DNA of 64,000 nt from Paraspadella gotoi (lineage: Eukaryota > Animalia > Chaetognatha): assembly GCA_051294375.1 (NCBI GenBank), contig CM119264.1:2373631-2437630 (forward strand), written 5' to 3'. Shown piece after piece: positions 1 through 10,593 of this stretch. The notes below the pieces were generated by a model. That model was not told the origin of the DNA, ran no database searches, and saw only the letters and a program-made list of their open reading frames with translations. A program made the position numbers and the translations under genes. How positions within the stretch are numbered: the stretch's first letter is position 1; each line of letters opens with the position of its first letter.

Positions 1-129
1 AATACGATAAACTTTAAATGCTTCTATGTTATTAACTATACATAAAATCTTAATTTTTAAAAAAAATTTGTTATCCCACAGGGATGCTTCAACGTTATTT
101 ATATGACAGAACTTCTTTAGTTTTACCTT

Positions 130-584
130 GTTCCGCCTTAATAGTTAATTGCTAATATTTTTGATTTTGCTTTAGAAAACAATTCGTTAATATGCATTGT
201 CCATGTTAGTTTACGATCTATTTTACAACCAAGAAAACAGACTGAATTACAGACTTGAGAATTCTTTCATTAAAAAGATATAGTTTTACGTCGTAGTTGA
301 ATAAAGAAGGACATCTAGTGATTAGAATGCAATTCGATTTAGCAGGACATAAACCCAAGAACCATGTATTGCACCATTTTTCTAGACGGTTAAGTGTTTC
401 TTGGAGGCAACTAGAGGCCGCGTTCAAGTTTTGGGAGACTGCCCAAGCGGAAGAGTCATCAGCATAATGAGAGGAGTTTTCTAAGACTTCTTGTTTTAAG
501 TGTGAGGTTGATATTTGTTTGTCACAATCTATATCACTTTGAAGAGGGAGATCTTCAATATAGAAAGCAAAGATCTCAGGACTT

Positions 585-591
<7 letters not shown>
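130..591 (-). pseudogene. Decayed non-LTR retrotransposon reverse transcriptase fragment
   Basis: Minus strand reads VLSPEIFAFYIEDLP...HYADDSSAWA...LQETLNRLEKWCNTW...KS, then after a frameshift FLGCKIDRKLTWTMHIN and a stop. These are the LSP, YADD and (Y/F)LGxxxDxxLxWxxHI motifs of LINE RTs. Truncated at the (GA)n tract at ~590. Confidence 0.85.

Positions 592-628
<37 letters not shown>
590..628. repeat. (GA)n microsatellite
   Basis: Direct observation; similar tracts at ~870-914, 3428-3471, 18961-18991, 20632-20673, 62346-62449. Confidence 0.95.
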
Positions 629-632
<4 letters not shown>

Positions 633-864
633 AAAACGAAATAAAAACCCTATGTTGCGATAGTAAAATGATAACATGCACGAATGCGATGCCTAATTTT
701 ACGAGTTAGATCCTAATTCAATTTTTTTTTATAAAAACGCAGAAAGAGAGAAACCAAATCGTTTTCGGACGAATCAGCAGAAGCAGCAGGAGAAAACTTT
801 TTTATAGTCAAATAAACTGATCAGCAGACACAGCCCCTGAGGAAAAAAAAAGAGAGAGAGAAAG

Positions 865-917
<53 letters not shown>

Positions 918-924
918 CGTTTTC

Positions 925-1376
925 GTTTTCGGACGAATCAGCAGCGGCAGCAGCTGAGGCAGCCAGAAAAAAAGAAAGAAATCAAAAGGCAGCAGCAAAA
1001 GCAGCAGGAGAAAAGAGAGAAAGAGAAAAAAGCCCCTGCAGAGCCAGCAGCAGACTCGTTTTTTTCTCGATGAAATAGCGACTGGGGCAAAGAGAAAGAG
1101 AGAGCTACATATAATTAAAAGAGAAAAGAAAGAGAGAAAGAAACATAAAAATAATTTGTTAAATTTGTTTGTTTTGATAAAACGTAAACAAAACGTATTT
1201 AATAAACGTCCTCACCCAATTTCAAGGACCTCGATGATGAGAAGCTGTATATAAATTTTTAGCTTCATACACCCAAATTTAATCATGAAAAAGGCGATCG
1301 ATAAGTTGGAACTCCGACGCCGACGAGACGCCACTTATGTGCAAAACCACCGCAAAAGCGATTGCGACGATAAAAA
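925..1376 (-). mobile_element. Dispersed ~450-bp repeat, copy A (HINE/DINE-1-like non-autonomous element)
   Basis: Closely similar to 2508-2947 (shared core CACCCAATTTCAAGGACCTCGATGATGAGAAGCTGTATATAAATTTT); partial third copy at ~762-870. Minus-strand start TTTTTATCGTCGCAATCGC followed by a (GTC)-type microsatellite. Confidence 0.6.
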
Positions 1377-2039
1377 CAATTTTTTAAAAATAAAGAAAAG
1401 CAGTTTGAGTAATAACATACCCAAGGTTAATTTCTAAGCTTTTTCACATCAAAGTTTTTTTCTTTATGGCATCTCGTGTTAAAGCAGACTAATATAAACT
1501 CTTAGTCTTACAATCATATTAAAATTACTTTTTTTATTTTTATAATAAAATTGTTTTGATTTTGAGATAACTTTAAAAAAATCGATTGTTTTCAATATTT
1601 ATTATTAAATTCCATATTTGGCAGCAATTAAAAAAAGATTTTTATAAAAAAGTAATAAATTTATTGCCAACCCTTTTATATGTTTATTGTTTAATTTTAT
1701 TATGATTTTGTTAATTCTGTATTATAAACATAAGTCAGAAAAAGAAGTGTCATCAATACTAACCTTTGGAAATCTCTTTTTCCCAATTCTATTTTGAGAC
1801 TGACTTTAAAGTCTTACTATTTTCTACCGCCTGAACCAATTCAAATTTTTCTTGCACCAATCGATAGCACTTTAAAAGAGCTATACTTTTCATATATATT
1901 TTCTCAAAATTAAAAAAAAATTGGTGTATTTAAAGCTACCAAGTGTCTTCTTTTTTTGCGTCGCAGTGTACGTAGACGAGAATACTGACATCTTAATAAA
2001 TATCAATAACCACATCCTAAAGAAAAGTAAATTTACTCA

Positions 2040-3404
2040 CTCGTCGTTTTTTATGGTTGAGTCCAAATCAACTCCGGTGGCTCGCAGACAAGCCAAGTCG
2101 TCCAGCTTAAAGGCCATGCGATCGACGATGGCGTGCTTGGTCGGCGTTGTAGTAGAGGCGTCCGGATCATCAACCTTGAAATTTAAAGAGGGGAAAATAT
2201 CTGTAAATAACTTCCGATAGCATTTTACCAACAAGACAATAGAAACAAACCAAAAACGTATAGAACTAGGTTTTAAGTTTTACAATAATCATGTCGTCCA
2301 AAATCTAACTTTGTGTGCAGCTTCCAGAACAACGTCCATGTTTGGCGAAACGCAACGCAAAATTCCCTCGAATAGTTCGCCATTTTGGACCCAGAGACGA
2401 ACAGGAAGTCCGATCAATGACGCCGTCACGTGCAGCAATCGCGGATTCCTGAAGAATGAAAGGCTAAGCTTAAGAGTTTTAAAATATCTTAAAAGCATAA
2501 GGATCAGATCAGCAGCAGCAGAGGCAGCCAGAAAAAAGAGAGAAATCAAAAGGCAGCAGCAGAAGCAGCAGGAGAAAAGAGAGAAAAAGAAAGCCCCTGC
2601 AGAGTCAGCTGCAGGCTCGTTTTTTTTTTTTGATGAATCAGTCTGGGGAAAAGAGAGAGAGAGAGATACATATAATTAAAAGAGAAGGAGACATAAAAAT
2701 AATAGAGGAAATTTGTTTGTTTTGATAAAACATAAACAAAACATATTTAATAACTGTCATCACCCAATTTCAAGGACCTCGATGATGAGAAGCTGTATAT
2801 AAATTTTCAGCTTCATACACCCAAATTTAATCATCAAAAAGGCGATCGATAAGTTGGAACGCTGACGACGACGACGACGACTACGCCAATAATGCGCAAA
2901 AGCATTACAAGATAGTCGCAAACGCAAAGCGATTGCGACGATAAAAATAAAAAGGTCGAGAGCTCCTCACTCGAAAATTCCCGAAGGTGGCGCGGAAGAG
3001 TCGGCGGGCGGTGCGTCTCGCGTCGGCGTCCGGTGGCGGCTGTTGTTCGAGGACTGACCGCTCAGCGAGGAAGGGGAAGACCTGCCGGAGGAGTGACGAG
3101 ACCCGTAGTGGGGGTGATGGGAGTGGTGACCGTAATGATGGTGATGGTGCTGGAAAATAAAATAAATTGGGATAGTCCGTATAGTACACGTTTTATTGTC
3201 GACCTCTTTAATTTTAACTTACTTGCGATTGGTTGGCAATTCCATGGGGCGAGGGCGAATGGTAATGCTTGGGGTTTTCGAGGTTCGATCCTCGATGACC
3301 GCCGTTGCCGTAATGCGGGTGAACTCCCATGTGACCGCCGCCGCCCCCGCGCCCGCCGCGACCGCGTCGCGGATAACCGCCGCCCCGCGTTTCCTCGGAT
3401 ACAT
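2040..3404 (-). CDS. ATXN2: Ataxin-2 homolog, 5' exons (RGG/His-rich N-terminus and Lsm domain); remainder not found in window
   Basis: Spliced exons (~3404-3222, ~3148-2970, ~2448-2310, ~2174-2040) give GIFENPRLLHVTASLIGLPVRLWVQNGELFEGILRCVSPNMDVVLEAAHK-VDDPD...VDRMAFKLDDLACLRATGVDLD, matching the ataxin-2 Lsm (SM-ATX) domain. Start codon uncertain because of an apparent frameshift. Confidence 0.85.
2508..2947 (-). mobile_element. Dispersed ~450-bp repeat, copy B, in an ataxin-2 intron
   Basis: Homologous to 925-1376. Minus-strand 5' end has TATCGTCGCAA, a nearby partial inverted copy TTGCGACTAT and (GTC)n, the layout of Helentron-associated elements. Confidence 0.6.
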
Positions 3405-3424
3405 GTTGCGTGGAGAGCTTTCGT

Positions 3425-3474
<50 letters not shown>

Positions 3475-4594
3475 AATAGAAACAAATGGGAAGAAAAAAA
3501 GAAAATCCTTGAAGAGACTGAATTCAGTTCATGGGCGGCGAAGGCGAAGCGATTGTATTGGGGGAATTGTCGGTCAAGCGCGCGTCTGCTCGATCGAACG
3601 ACGGAGGAGGAGCTCGTACGTCGCGACCGGGCCCCGATCCTTCGGCGAGCGATCCATGGTCGACCCGGCGTGAATCGAAAGGCGATCGAGCGGGAAAAAA
3701 AATGTTAGCGTCGCTGTCGCAACGAAACCGAGATTCTATCGAGGCGCTGACAATAAGCGTCTCTCTGTGACGACCCAAAGTTTCTACTGTTCCAAATAAT
3801 TGCTGAAAAATTAATATAGAGGCAAAGTTTTAAAAATTATCAAATTATGAGCAAAAGGGAGAAAAGCCAAAAGGCGTTTAAGTACATCTCCAAAGCGTGT
3901 TTCAATGGCGCGAATCGGAGACATGAATGGCGCTCAACAGTAACACGCTGCCATTCATAACCAAGGACGCAAACATCAATGGCTCGCCTCCTATTTCGTT
4001 GAGAAGAAATGAGGCGTCATCACAAATGGAAGCAAAAAATGTGGCAATGGGGGTATATTGGAGGGGAGACTGTTGTAGTCTAAAGGGAAGAAAGAGGGAA
4101 CGGGAGAGGAGGAGAAAACATATTTATATGTGAAATGGGGCCGCGTTCTGGTTTTTATGGAAACTAAATTAATAAATAAAAAGAAGTTACAAACCAAATA
4201 AAAAGTTGAACGTAAAACAAAAATATTTTATGCCCTCGAAAAACTCGATTTACTTTAACTACGTACAAGTCGTATAATATTTAACCCCAAATAAATTAAA
4301 CTCAAAAAACCCAAGAAAAGGGGGCCATAAAAATGAAAACACCTGAACTGTAAAACTCGAGCGATCTGACAGACATAGCGCTTAGTCTGTCGGGGCGGTT
4401 ATGGCTTTAATCGAGAATTTCTCAATCCATTAGGTTATCCCAGGGAGCGGTTAACCATATTCATCGTACCGAGGGAGCACGAGTAGGCAGACTACTCCCC
4501 TCCCCCTTCCTCCTCCCTCGCAGAGCAGCGCGGCGCGGCGGCCCACGCTAACCAAAGACAAGATTCTGCGGAGAATGAATGAGAGGAGAAATGA

Positions 4595-4625
<31 letters not shown>

Positions 4626-5860
4626 AGAAAAATAAACCGAATTTCGACAATTTAAAAAAGACGGGGGACTTCGTTGCGCTCAAAACTTAACCTCGCTGAA
4701 CAAGAAAAAAACGGCGCAAGGAAAGAGAAAACACATGACGGGAAAACGTGAAAAACATTGAAGTCACTCGTGATGAAACTGAGTGGGAATTGGGGACGAC
4801 TCCCGTACGACGCACTGAGTGGCGACAATGGACGCAAGGGGACCCGACTAGAAAGACTAATGGTTCTTCATGACGATTCTATTTTTAAAATAGCATAATA
4901 AACTTATTTTCAGTTAAGATCGGCCAGCAAAAATATGGGGAAAAAGGGCCTATAAAACACTAAATAAGCTTCAAAAATATTTTCCTTATTTCCCTTAAGA
5001 GAATTAAAAAAGTAAAAAATATACAGGGGTGGGACCATATATCTGAACAAAATTTTAAAAATGAGAATCAAAATCTGAATAAAAATTCAAATTATGCTTT
5101 CTTAGCTTTTAGCCGATGTACTAATTGTTTTGAAATTATTTGATATAATGCTTATTTTGATGCAGCAAAGGCTTTGTTTTTTCCGCGCGGTTTGGAAGAA
5201 AAATGTTTGACTACTTAGTTTAATCCCATTCTAAAACATGCCAGATAATATTATTAATGAAAATGCTTACTTATAGTATAAGAATGCTTTTTGCATGGTG
5301 TGAAAATAATAAAATTTTATTAAATTAAAATTTAGCATATAAAAGCTTTATTTATATATAGTTTTAAGTATGAAAATTTTCAAATTACAAGTTTCACTAT
5401 TTTCTATTTTTATATTTGATGAAGGATTTATTTTATAATCTACATTCTTTAAATATATTATCTATTGCTTTATTAAAAATATATATAAAATTTCAAAAAT
5501 CAATTTTTTTAATTTTAATTCCTTGCAAAAAGTTATATAAGAAAGTATAATCTTTTTTAAAAATTCCTTCATTATGTTGATCAAAAATTTAAAAAAACTA
5601 TATTTAACTTTAAGATGCCAATTTTTAATATCCAGCTTAAAAATATAGTTTTTTTGTAATTTTAACCTATAAATAAGTATAAATCGTTTTCAAAAATTAG
5701 GTCATTAACTTTTAACAAGGAATCCGAATCTGTTCTGTTCCATTTTTAAATTTAACCTTATATAAGGGTAGCACTAAATACAAAATAAGCTGACTGGGCT
5801 ATATTTGTAAAAAAGAAAAATAACTACAGATTGATTGTTAAGTGTCATCTCATGCACCGA

Positions 5861-6018
5861 GTAGTTTGATAAAGAAAAACATCGATTTGGGAAACAGTGC
5901 TAATTTTATTTAGACCATGCATTCAAACCAAATAATGAACCAGCTAAATGGTTTGAATGCATGGTCTAAATAAAATTAGCACCGTTTCCCAAATCGATGT
6001 TTTTCTTTATCAAACTAC
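5861..6018. repeat. 70-bp near-perfect inverted repeat with 18-nt loop (hairpin/MITE-like)
   Basis: Arm 5861-5930 (GTAGTTTGATAAAG...TTCAAACCA) is the reverse complement of 5949-6018 with one mismatch. Confidence 0.95.
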
Positions 6019-7022
6019 AGATTAATATTCACTAATATGATAGTTTTCAAAATATAACTGCTAAATTTAGATTCCAAACTTTCACTTCACCCTAGTGTAC
6101 ATGGTGTACTTTGTATTTTTGTAAGTTACTATTATAATCCAATTCTCATTAAAACTTAAATTGATTTAAAAATGTAAAAATTATATTGTCAGATACCAAT
6201 TTCTTAAGTAAATTAATCATGTAAGGTTTCAGAAGGCATGATAAAAGGGTCAAGTCAACAAAAAATATAAAAAAGTATTTGACGATTTAAGCATATTCTT
6301 TAAGATCTACCTAAAATAATGTTTTACTTACCTTATAGAAGTTTAAATAGGTTTGATTTGGATGGTTATAAAAAGCTGATATTAGAAGAAATTAAAGAGA
6401 AGACACACCACTATTACATTCAGAAGACGTTAAGACAGGGCAGGACGTTAAATTTTGTCCTGATATATGGTCCTACCTCTGTATATAAATAAGTAGAAAA
6501 GACAATACCTGAAAATGACAACTAAAATGTCACAATTATGCGATCAAGGATGACTGTCTTTTGGATAAAACGAAAACCACTAACTTTTAATAATTATATG
6601 AAAACATCAGTAATTACATTTACTTAAATTTGAAAAACCGTTTACCACGGTGGCCAGAGACATGACCCACATGAACTAAAACGTCCTCCATAAACTTAAA
6701 TTTAAGAAAAACTATTTTTTCAATCCATTGGTAATAATCTCCATATTCAAAAAAACTTACAAATTTAATCCTTTTGTACTATTGGCATTACATTACTATT
6801 CGTTGCAATAATCCCAATATTCTGTCAGTGGCAAGAAAAATACAGAGCCGTTATGAATTAATGGATTTGTGGATGAAAGTGCAGAGAGTTGAGAGCATTG
6901 AAATTCGAATAAATCATAAGGATCCCCAATGAAATTCATAGCAATAGTATTAAGGTAACGGATATAATGGAACTAGAAATAACAAAAGTTGGTATCGAAA
7001 TCCTGATAGTGTTACGGTTACA

Positions 7023-7278
7023 ATGCCTTCTCTCCTTCAGGATCGTCTGCCCACCTTCATCTGCAATTTACGAAAAGATATTTACGAAATTTTTCATAGG
7101 CATTTATATTTGGTTTTCTTACTTTTATGTTTACTTTATAGTATGTACCTTAATTATGATTTGTGCCTCATTTTGCTTTACAGTTGTATTTAAGTACAAG
7201 GAAACGGTTCAAGAAAAAGCCAGCAGTACATACCAAAAATATGGAGATTCCAGTGGTGAAATTACCTCCGCCATTACA
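7023..7278 (+). other. Possible orphan two-exon fragment encoding a short membrane protein
   Basis: ATG 7023, 43-nt GT-AG intron 7141-7183 splices in frame: MPSLLQDRLPTFICNLRKDIYEIFHRHLYLVFLLLCLLYIVFKYKETVQEKASSTYQKYGDSSGEITSAIT. AT-rich codon usage unlike neighbouring genes; no downstream exon identified. Confidence 0.25.
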
Positions 7279-8057
7279 GTAACTTTTAATATAATTTCTA
7301 TTTTAATTTAATCCGGTTTGATCAACGCATCCAAAATCGAGGACGAACTAAATGAAGTCATTTTTCGATCTCGCTCCCGAAGAACCGGCGCCAAAAAACG
7401 GATCCGAATGACCTACTGTAACAACAGACAGGTCTTCCACGAAAACCGGTTATATATATTGCGGCAGCCAAAGTTTTGGCAAAAAAAATTTGCCGGATCC
7501 TCGAAAATATCGGCGAGAACGAAAGACAGTCTCTCAGAGCGACGATGACCGAAAATCCGGTCCGAAGACGAAGACGTGCCACGCCGTCGAATCACGTGCT
7601 CGAGGCCCGCGAAACCTACCCGCGGCACGATGATCAGGAGAGTTGGAGTGAAAAAAGGGAAATAATCCGGCACAAAAGGGGAATTATAGAAGGTAAGGCG
7701 CCTTTCGGGCGACGGTAAGGTGTCCCGGGTCAAGGCGACCGGCGAGGAGCGGGCGGCGAGGCGGGCGATGGGGCGGCCGAGGAGAAACATCGAGGTGGAA
7801 GGCGACGGAGCTGCGCCCAGTGGAGCGAGACTGGGAAAATGGCGGCGGAGAGGAGAGAGAGAAGAGGAGAGAGAAGCGAGGGTAAGAGAGAGAGATAGAG
7901 AGAATGAAAAAAAAGAGAGAACGAGATAGAGAGAAACAGCGAGGAAGAAGCGACGCCAGAAACAATCGACAAAAGACTAACGCTATCAAGCGGACTTAAA
8001 GAGAACTAAAGCCTTTTGTTCGAAAAAAGAGCAATGGAATTAATATTTAATTTATAT

Positions 8058-8680
8058 TTTGCGAACATATTAAATTGTTCTCTTATCTTTCTCATTTCAA
8101 AAAAATTAATAAATAAATAAAGTATAAATTACTATTATATGACTTATTAGCCAGAATTTAATTAAAAATAATTAAATAAAAATAAATAAAAAAAATTCTT
8201 AATTCTAATTTTTAAATCTTTTATTTTAGTATTTATATTATTATACTTAACCGGACGGCTGATCTGTGACCGAAGCTCTGGAACTGTAGACTAGTGGAGG
8301 TCATGAACAGATAAGCACACTTACTCTCTCTGTTGCTACTGTTTAAAAACACGTGGAGACACCCAGTTGAGGGTTTATGGTCCTGTACAGCAGTCTCTTC
8401 CAGGTTACCAATGTTTTAAAAATTGTAATAATTATTAATTAACGCAAAGGCTTTGCGTTAATAATTTGCTAAAGCTAACATTTTTGACCCCAGTTGCTGA
8501 ACGTCATTTTGTGTTGCATGAGGCTAAAATAATTTAAGAATTACTTTTAACATAAAATTCAGAAAAATTAAGCCCGTTATATTTTTTTAGCTTTTTTATT
8601 ATTTATTTTTTAATTATTTTATTTGCAAATTTTTTTCTTGAAAATGAAAACAAGACAACAATTTAATATTATCGCGAAGA
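8058..8680. mobile_element. Degenerate MITE-like element with ~45-bp imperfect terminal inverted repeats
   Basis: TTTGCGAACATATTAAATTGTTCTCTT... (8058-8105) resembles the reverse complement of ...AAGACAACAATTTAATATTATCGCGAAGA (8632-8680). Internal palindrome TTAACGCAAAG-G-CTTTGCGTTAA near 8439-8461. Confidence 0.4.
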
Positions 8681-9838
8681 AAGCAATTGTCAAAATGAAA
8701 TGATGATTGATTTTGTCATAAAGTAGATTGCGAGTCGAAGATTGAAGAATAAACAAAACTGGTTAGGTTTTCAACACTCGCGATCATCTTATGAGGGAAC
8801 GCATATCTGAAAAGAACAATTGATTTATTTATATATTTCTCCGTTAACTTTTGTTCTTTACGTACACATTATTTAATATTATTGTCTCATGCAGGAGGCA
8901 AAAGAAAGTACGTTACAGTCTTTTGGTTAAAAAATGTTGACGAAAATATATTTTTCTCCCTTTTCCAAAAATATATGCATTTTTCTTCATAAAACGATGT
9001 TTCAGCACCATTAAATTATTTTATACTCATAAGACAAGTACAAAAAAGGTTCTCAAGCAAATGATTTTTCTTACAAAGACAATATTTATATTTATATTTA
9101 TTAAACGATATTTATATGTTTAAATGTTAATGACGAAAGGCGATTCTGGTTAATTAAGGCATAGATATTATATAACAATAAAGCTCCTTGTATTTTGATT
9201 CTGGGCGGAGTAACAATATTAGGGGGAGACTAACTCAATAAGTGGTTAAGAAATTGAATTAAGCACCTACTCAAACAAATTTAGACATTTAAAAAATATT
9301 TGAATAGAAAAATTTTTTTATATTACTCTATACTCATATATTAATTTTTAATATTATATTTATAAATGGAAAGGCTAAAAATTTTTTTTGGATTTTTTTA
9401 TTTTTAAGATCAGATTCAGGTTAGCTTGCAAAAAGTTGTCTACACAAAGTATAATTCTTTTTTCGATATTTTGATCATAAGTATTGTGAAAAATATGAAA
9501 AAACTATTTATAATCATATCATCATCATTTTTCGAATAATTTTATTACTTTTTCTTATTTTGACCAAGAAAACATAAATATTTTCGAAAGTTGTAGTTAA
9601 AATTTTTTATTTAACTTTTATGCTCTACAGAATCCATCAAAAAGTTAAAGATTGATTAAAATTTTTTTATCATATATAGTAATATTGTAATTTTAATAGC
9701 AACAATAAAAGCATTAAAATCGAACTTTTTAAAAAAATTTTTTTTACCTAAAAGTAGACTTCAAGACTAAAGTTTAAACCCCGCCCCTATTTGAATTTAA
9801 TTTCATAGTAGATTTCTACAATAGTATTCCCCGATCTA

Positions 9839-10103
9839 ATACTTAAGGGAGTGGTCTTTTCATACAATTGAAACATTCTTTGAAATATTATACCACTTCA
9901 TTGATAGGGAAGCCAGGTACTCTGGGAGGTAATAAACGAGACTGCGAGGAGTCTTTGATTGAAAGCTTGTAGGGACCTGCTATGTCATTATCTTGTAAGA
10001 GTGATGGAGGCCTTAAACACCAAAGCCTATCCAAAGTCGGGAGCAAGATAGCTTATTTATTAAATGAATGGATAATTTTTATATTGGTTGTACCAATTTC
10101 ATA
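9839..10103 (+). mobile_element. ~265-bp dispersed repeat family, full copy 1
   Basis: Starts ATACTTAAGG, ends TTGGTTGTACCAATTTCATA; homologous to 28396-28661, 32144-32193, 44543-44694 and 54528-54774. Confidence 0.9.
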
Positions 10104-10593
10104 TCATTTGTATGAAATTGGTAAACCAATATAATAAAAAATGCATTTGAGAAATTCGCAATACTAAATGCCCCGAGGGAACTCAGAATAGTAACTTAAA
10201 CATATAAAGTTAGGTGAGGTAAGGAAGTTAAGTAAGTATGGAAGCAAGAAATATAGAAAGAGTAAATTGGTAAGACGCGTTGCGCTTTTCAATTCCTTCT
10301 CGATTAAGTCTACGTCCAGATGTCGTCGGGTTCGCCTCTTCTCCGTCGCTACTCGCTTCACCGAGATCTGCTCCTCCGAACAACACGTAATCCTTACTAG
10401 ACTGGGACTCATTTTATTACTTCCGCCTCACTATTTGCTTCAGAACGAAAGACACTCCTAAATTTAAATTAAGTTTAAATCTATAACGAAGATTCTTTGG
10501 ATACCGTCGGCGTCGCGTCGGACTTTTCCGCTTTTGTTACTTTTTTAATTCCGACGTCATCTCCCCACATCTTCCGCTTAATCGCGATTCGAG

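Noticed and set aside
2508-2572. CAG-rich runs inside ataxin-2, suggestive of the polyQ tract
   Set aside because: They are intronic, antisense to the gene and part of a dispersed repeat also present at ~940-1010.
7184-7278. Tetraspanin EC2-like look of VFKYKETVQEKASSTYQKYG
   Set aside because: No CCG motif or other TM helices found; similarity too weak to name.
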